Shown: piece by piece, positions 61,880-64,000 of the stretch
How positions within the stretch are numbered: position 1 is the stretch's first letter
Layout: the number at the start of each line of letters is the position of its first letter
DNA from: Azolla caroliniana
Taxonomy: Eukaryota; Plantae; Polypodiophyta
DNA length: 64,000 nt
Assembly: GCA_043228905.1 (NCBI GenBank)
Contig: JBHGNT010000021.1
Span: forward strand, 3,968,001-4,032,000
Reading direction: 5' to 3'
Program-made: the position numbers and the translations under genes
Notes under the pieces: generated by a model
What the model was told of the DNA's origin: nothing
What the model saw: the letters and a program-made list of their open reading frames with translations, nothing else
Database searches by the model: none

Positions 61880-62800
61880 CAACACACACCTTCAAGCTCA
61901 ATTATGTCGACTGATCAAGTAAACAATGAGTTTGGTTTTCTTTTACGAGCGCCCTCAAGCTCGATGGATCAAGCGAACATAGATCAAACATAGTTGACAT
62001 TTATCCAAGGTAGTATGATTCGAGCACTTTAGTAAATATATTCGCCATTTGTCAAGACGTCTAAATATGTTGGAGATTGACATCTTTGTCTACAATCATT
62101 TCTTTAATTGTAATGCAACTCAATGTGGTTTTGTGATAAGTTGTGTGTTGTTAAGGTTATCACAATGTTGATCATGATGTTGAAGTCTTTAAAGATTTTA
62201 TTGAGCTACACATACTCAAGGGCGACAACCATCCCCCCGTACTCTATCTCTGTAATTGAGAGAGTCATAGTTGACTTATTTATGTTGCTCCACGAGACTA
62301 ATGCCGCTTCCCAAAGAGAAGATGAAAACATTTCAATCATCTATTTGTTGAACCTTCAATCAAATTGCCAGGTGGCTATTTTTTTGTTCCTCCAAGAGAT
62401 AATGTTGTTTCCCCAATGAGAAGTTGAAAGTTTATTTTGATCATTGAGTCATCAAACTTCTAACCCAATCAACACCCATACACCCTTTGAATTAACCTAT
62501 GAATTTCTCTTCTTTTGCAAGTGAATAGTTGGCATTTGTCCTTGGGTCTTTTACAAAGCACCTACGAGTATTGAATCAAACTTGCATGCCTTGTGACTGC
62601 CACTAAGTCCTTGGGCCTCAAGGATTGTGTTCAAACACAAGGTGCCTAGTTGAGCTTTATATTTAAATACATCGCATAAATCCTTGATGACCTTTCTGGC
62701 CATGGTTTTGTCTGATACTTTTGCATGTTTTCAATTATTTAGACTAGTGTAGTTTTCCATTCATTTCTTAAGTGATATTGCACATTTTTCAATTATGTTG
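61880..62800 (-). mobile_element. Degraded Ty1/copia 3' end (RT/RNase H) with PPT and LTR start
   Basis: Minus-strand remnants FSLGSGI, STMTLSITEIEY (cf. TVALSxTEAEY), QMANIFTKVL; 'cttgaaggtgtg-tgttgaga' junction near 61885. Confidence 0.65.
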
Positions 62801-63429
62801 TTTCAAGTGGCAAACTCTATGACATTGAGCGGAGGTAGCTACTTGCTTGACAATTCAAAGTCTAATTTTCTCCATGAAAGGAAGAGTCATGGAATGCATA
62901 GTATGGGAAAGAGAGAATTAATCCTCCAATATGTCAACAATATAAGATGGGAAACGAATAGATGATTTGAGTCATGTGGAGGCCAAATGCAAATAAGTAG
63001 ATACATTGATGTACATCAAAGATCTATTTGCCAAGATTATTGGAAGAAGATGAAGGACATGGCAATCATAATTATCACCGACTCTAATATTGAAAGAGGG
63101 ATTGGATATATGGCAACCTTAACAAATAAGTTGTGATTAATGGAACAACATCATCAAATTAAAGTGTGAAAAAAAACTGAATATGTTGACAAGATTGTCA
63201 ATGAGTTGACTTAATTTATTGGTGATATCGTTGATATGGTCAAACTTTGTTAGAAAGTTTATCTCTCACTATCATAGCTTTAAAACATCTATTCATGTAC
63301 ATGGATTTCTTAAATTTGAGAATAATAGTGTCTATACTGTTTTCATGGAAAAGCAAACTTTTAGGACAACTAATGATGCTTTGGAATGACAATTATAATT
63401 TATTTTTCAACTCGTGATCGAGAAAGAGG

Positions 63430-64000
63430 TTGTCTAGGGGAGGACAAGGAAGTTTTATAGGAAGAGGAGAGCAAACATTGGGAGACTCTACATCGACAAA
63501 GTTCAAGGAGAGAGGGTCATCAACGAGCACAATGGGAGAGAACCTTCAAGAGAATGGATGTTTATTAGGGCACACTATATGGAAAACATGTGCAAGGCAA
63601 TGTTTTTGATAGTTTGTTTTGGAAATCGGAGAGACACATACACTCCCAAGGTAACGTTGTCGTGAAGGATTCCGGCCATAAAGAGAAGTGGGGCCAAGCA
63701 CGCGCGAACGGGTGTGTGCACCGATGCACACGAACCAAGAAACATGTACAAACATAATGTAAATAGCATAGGGGCGGTAAGTACTAGGTAGTAGGAATTT
63801 AAGGGTACTTTAGAGTCCCACACGCGTAGAGAGAATCCGGGGATTTAATGTGAAGAAATCAAAGGGGGGGGGGGGATCTCTGACACTGATCACGATGTAA
63901 CGATCTCCCCTTGTGCTATAAAAAGGGAGGCTTGAGCCTATTTTAGGCATCCAGTTTTGGGAGGACGAAGTTCTGTTGGTTTGTGGGCCGAGCTCTCTCT
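63430..64000 (+). mobile_element. Probable LTR of another retroelement, cut by the window edge
   Basis: Shift to higher GC near 63430, TATA-like gctataaaa at ~63915, then a CT-rich tract; no partner LTR or ORF visible. Confidence 0.35.

Overview
Eukaryotic nuclear DNA from a land plant, most likely a fern or other non-seed plant (inferred from the style of the PLS-PPR proteins, a Bfr1-like gene and the retroelement types). Five host genes can be read: two intronless PLS-E class PPR genes (-); a 12-exon, 276-aa coiled-coil gene (+, 5703-7738) that the ORF track only shows in fragments and that resembles the synaptonemal-complex central element protein SCEP1; a 10-exon TRF-like telomere-repeat-binding Myb gene (-) with a GC-AG intron; and an intronless Bfr1/PPI-like coiled-coil gene (-). 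The 17-38 kb interval is a transposon cluster. It holds an intact, very young Ty3/gypsy element with a 4-bp TSD, a tRNA-Trp primer site and a -1 frameshift after the protease, a young Tork/Tnt1-like Ty1/copia element broken by two CAG>TAG stops, a decayed chromovirus-type gypsy carrying a nested solo LTR, and a 5'-truncated L1. A 162-bp TGT...ACA element with 25-bp TIRs and a 5-bp TSD, further LINE, gypsy and copia relics, and many local tandem repeats make up the rest. All homology calls come from recognising motifs by eye; no searches were run.
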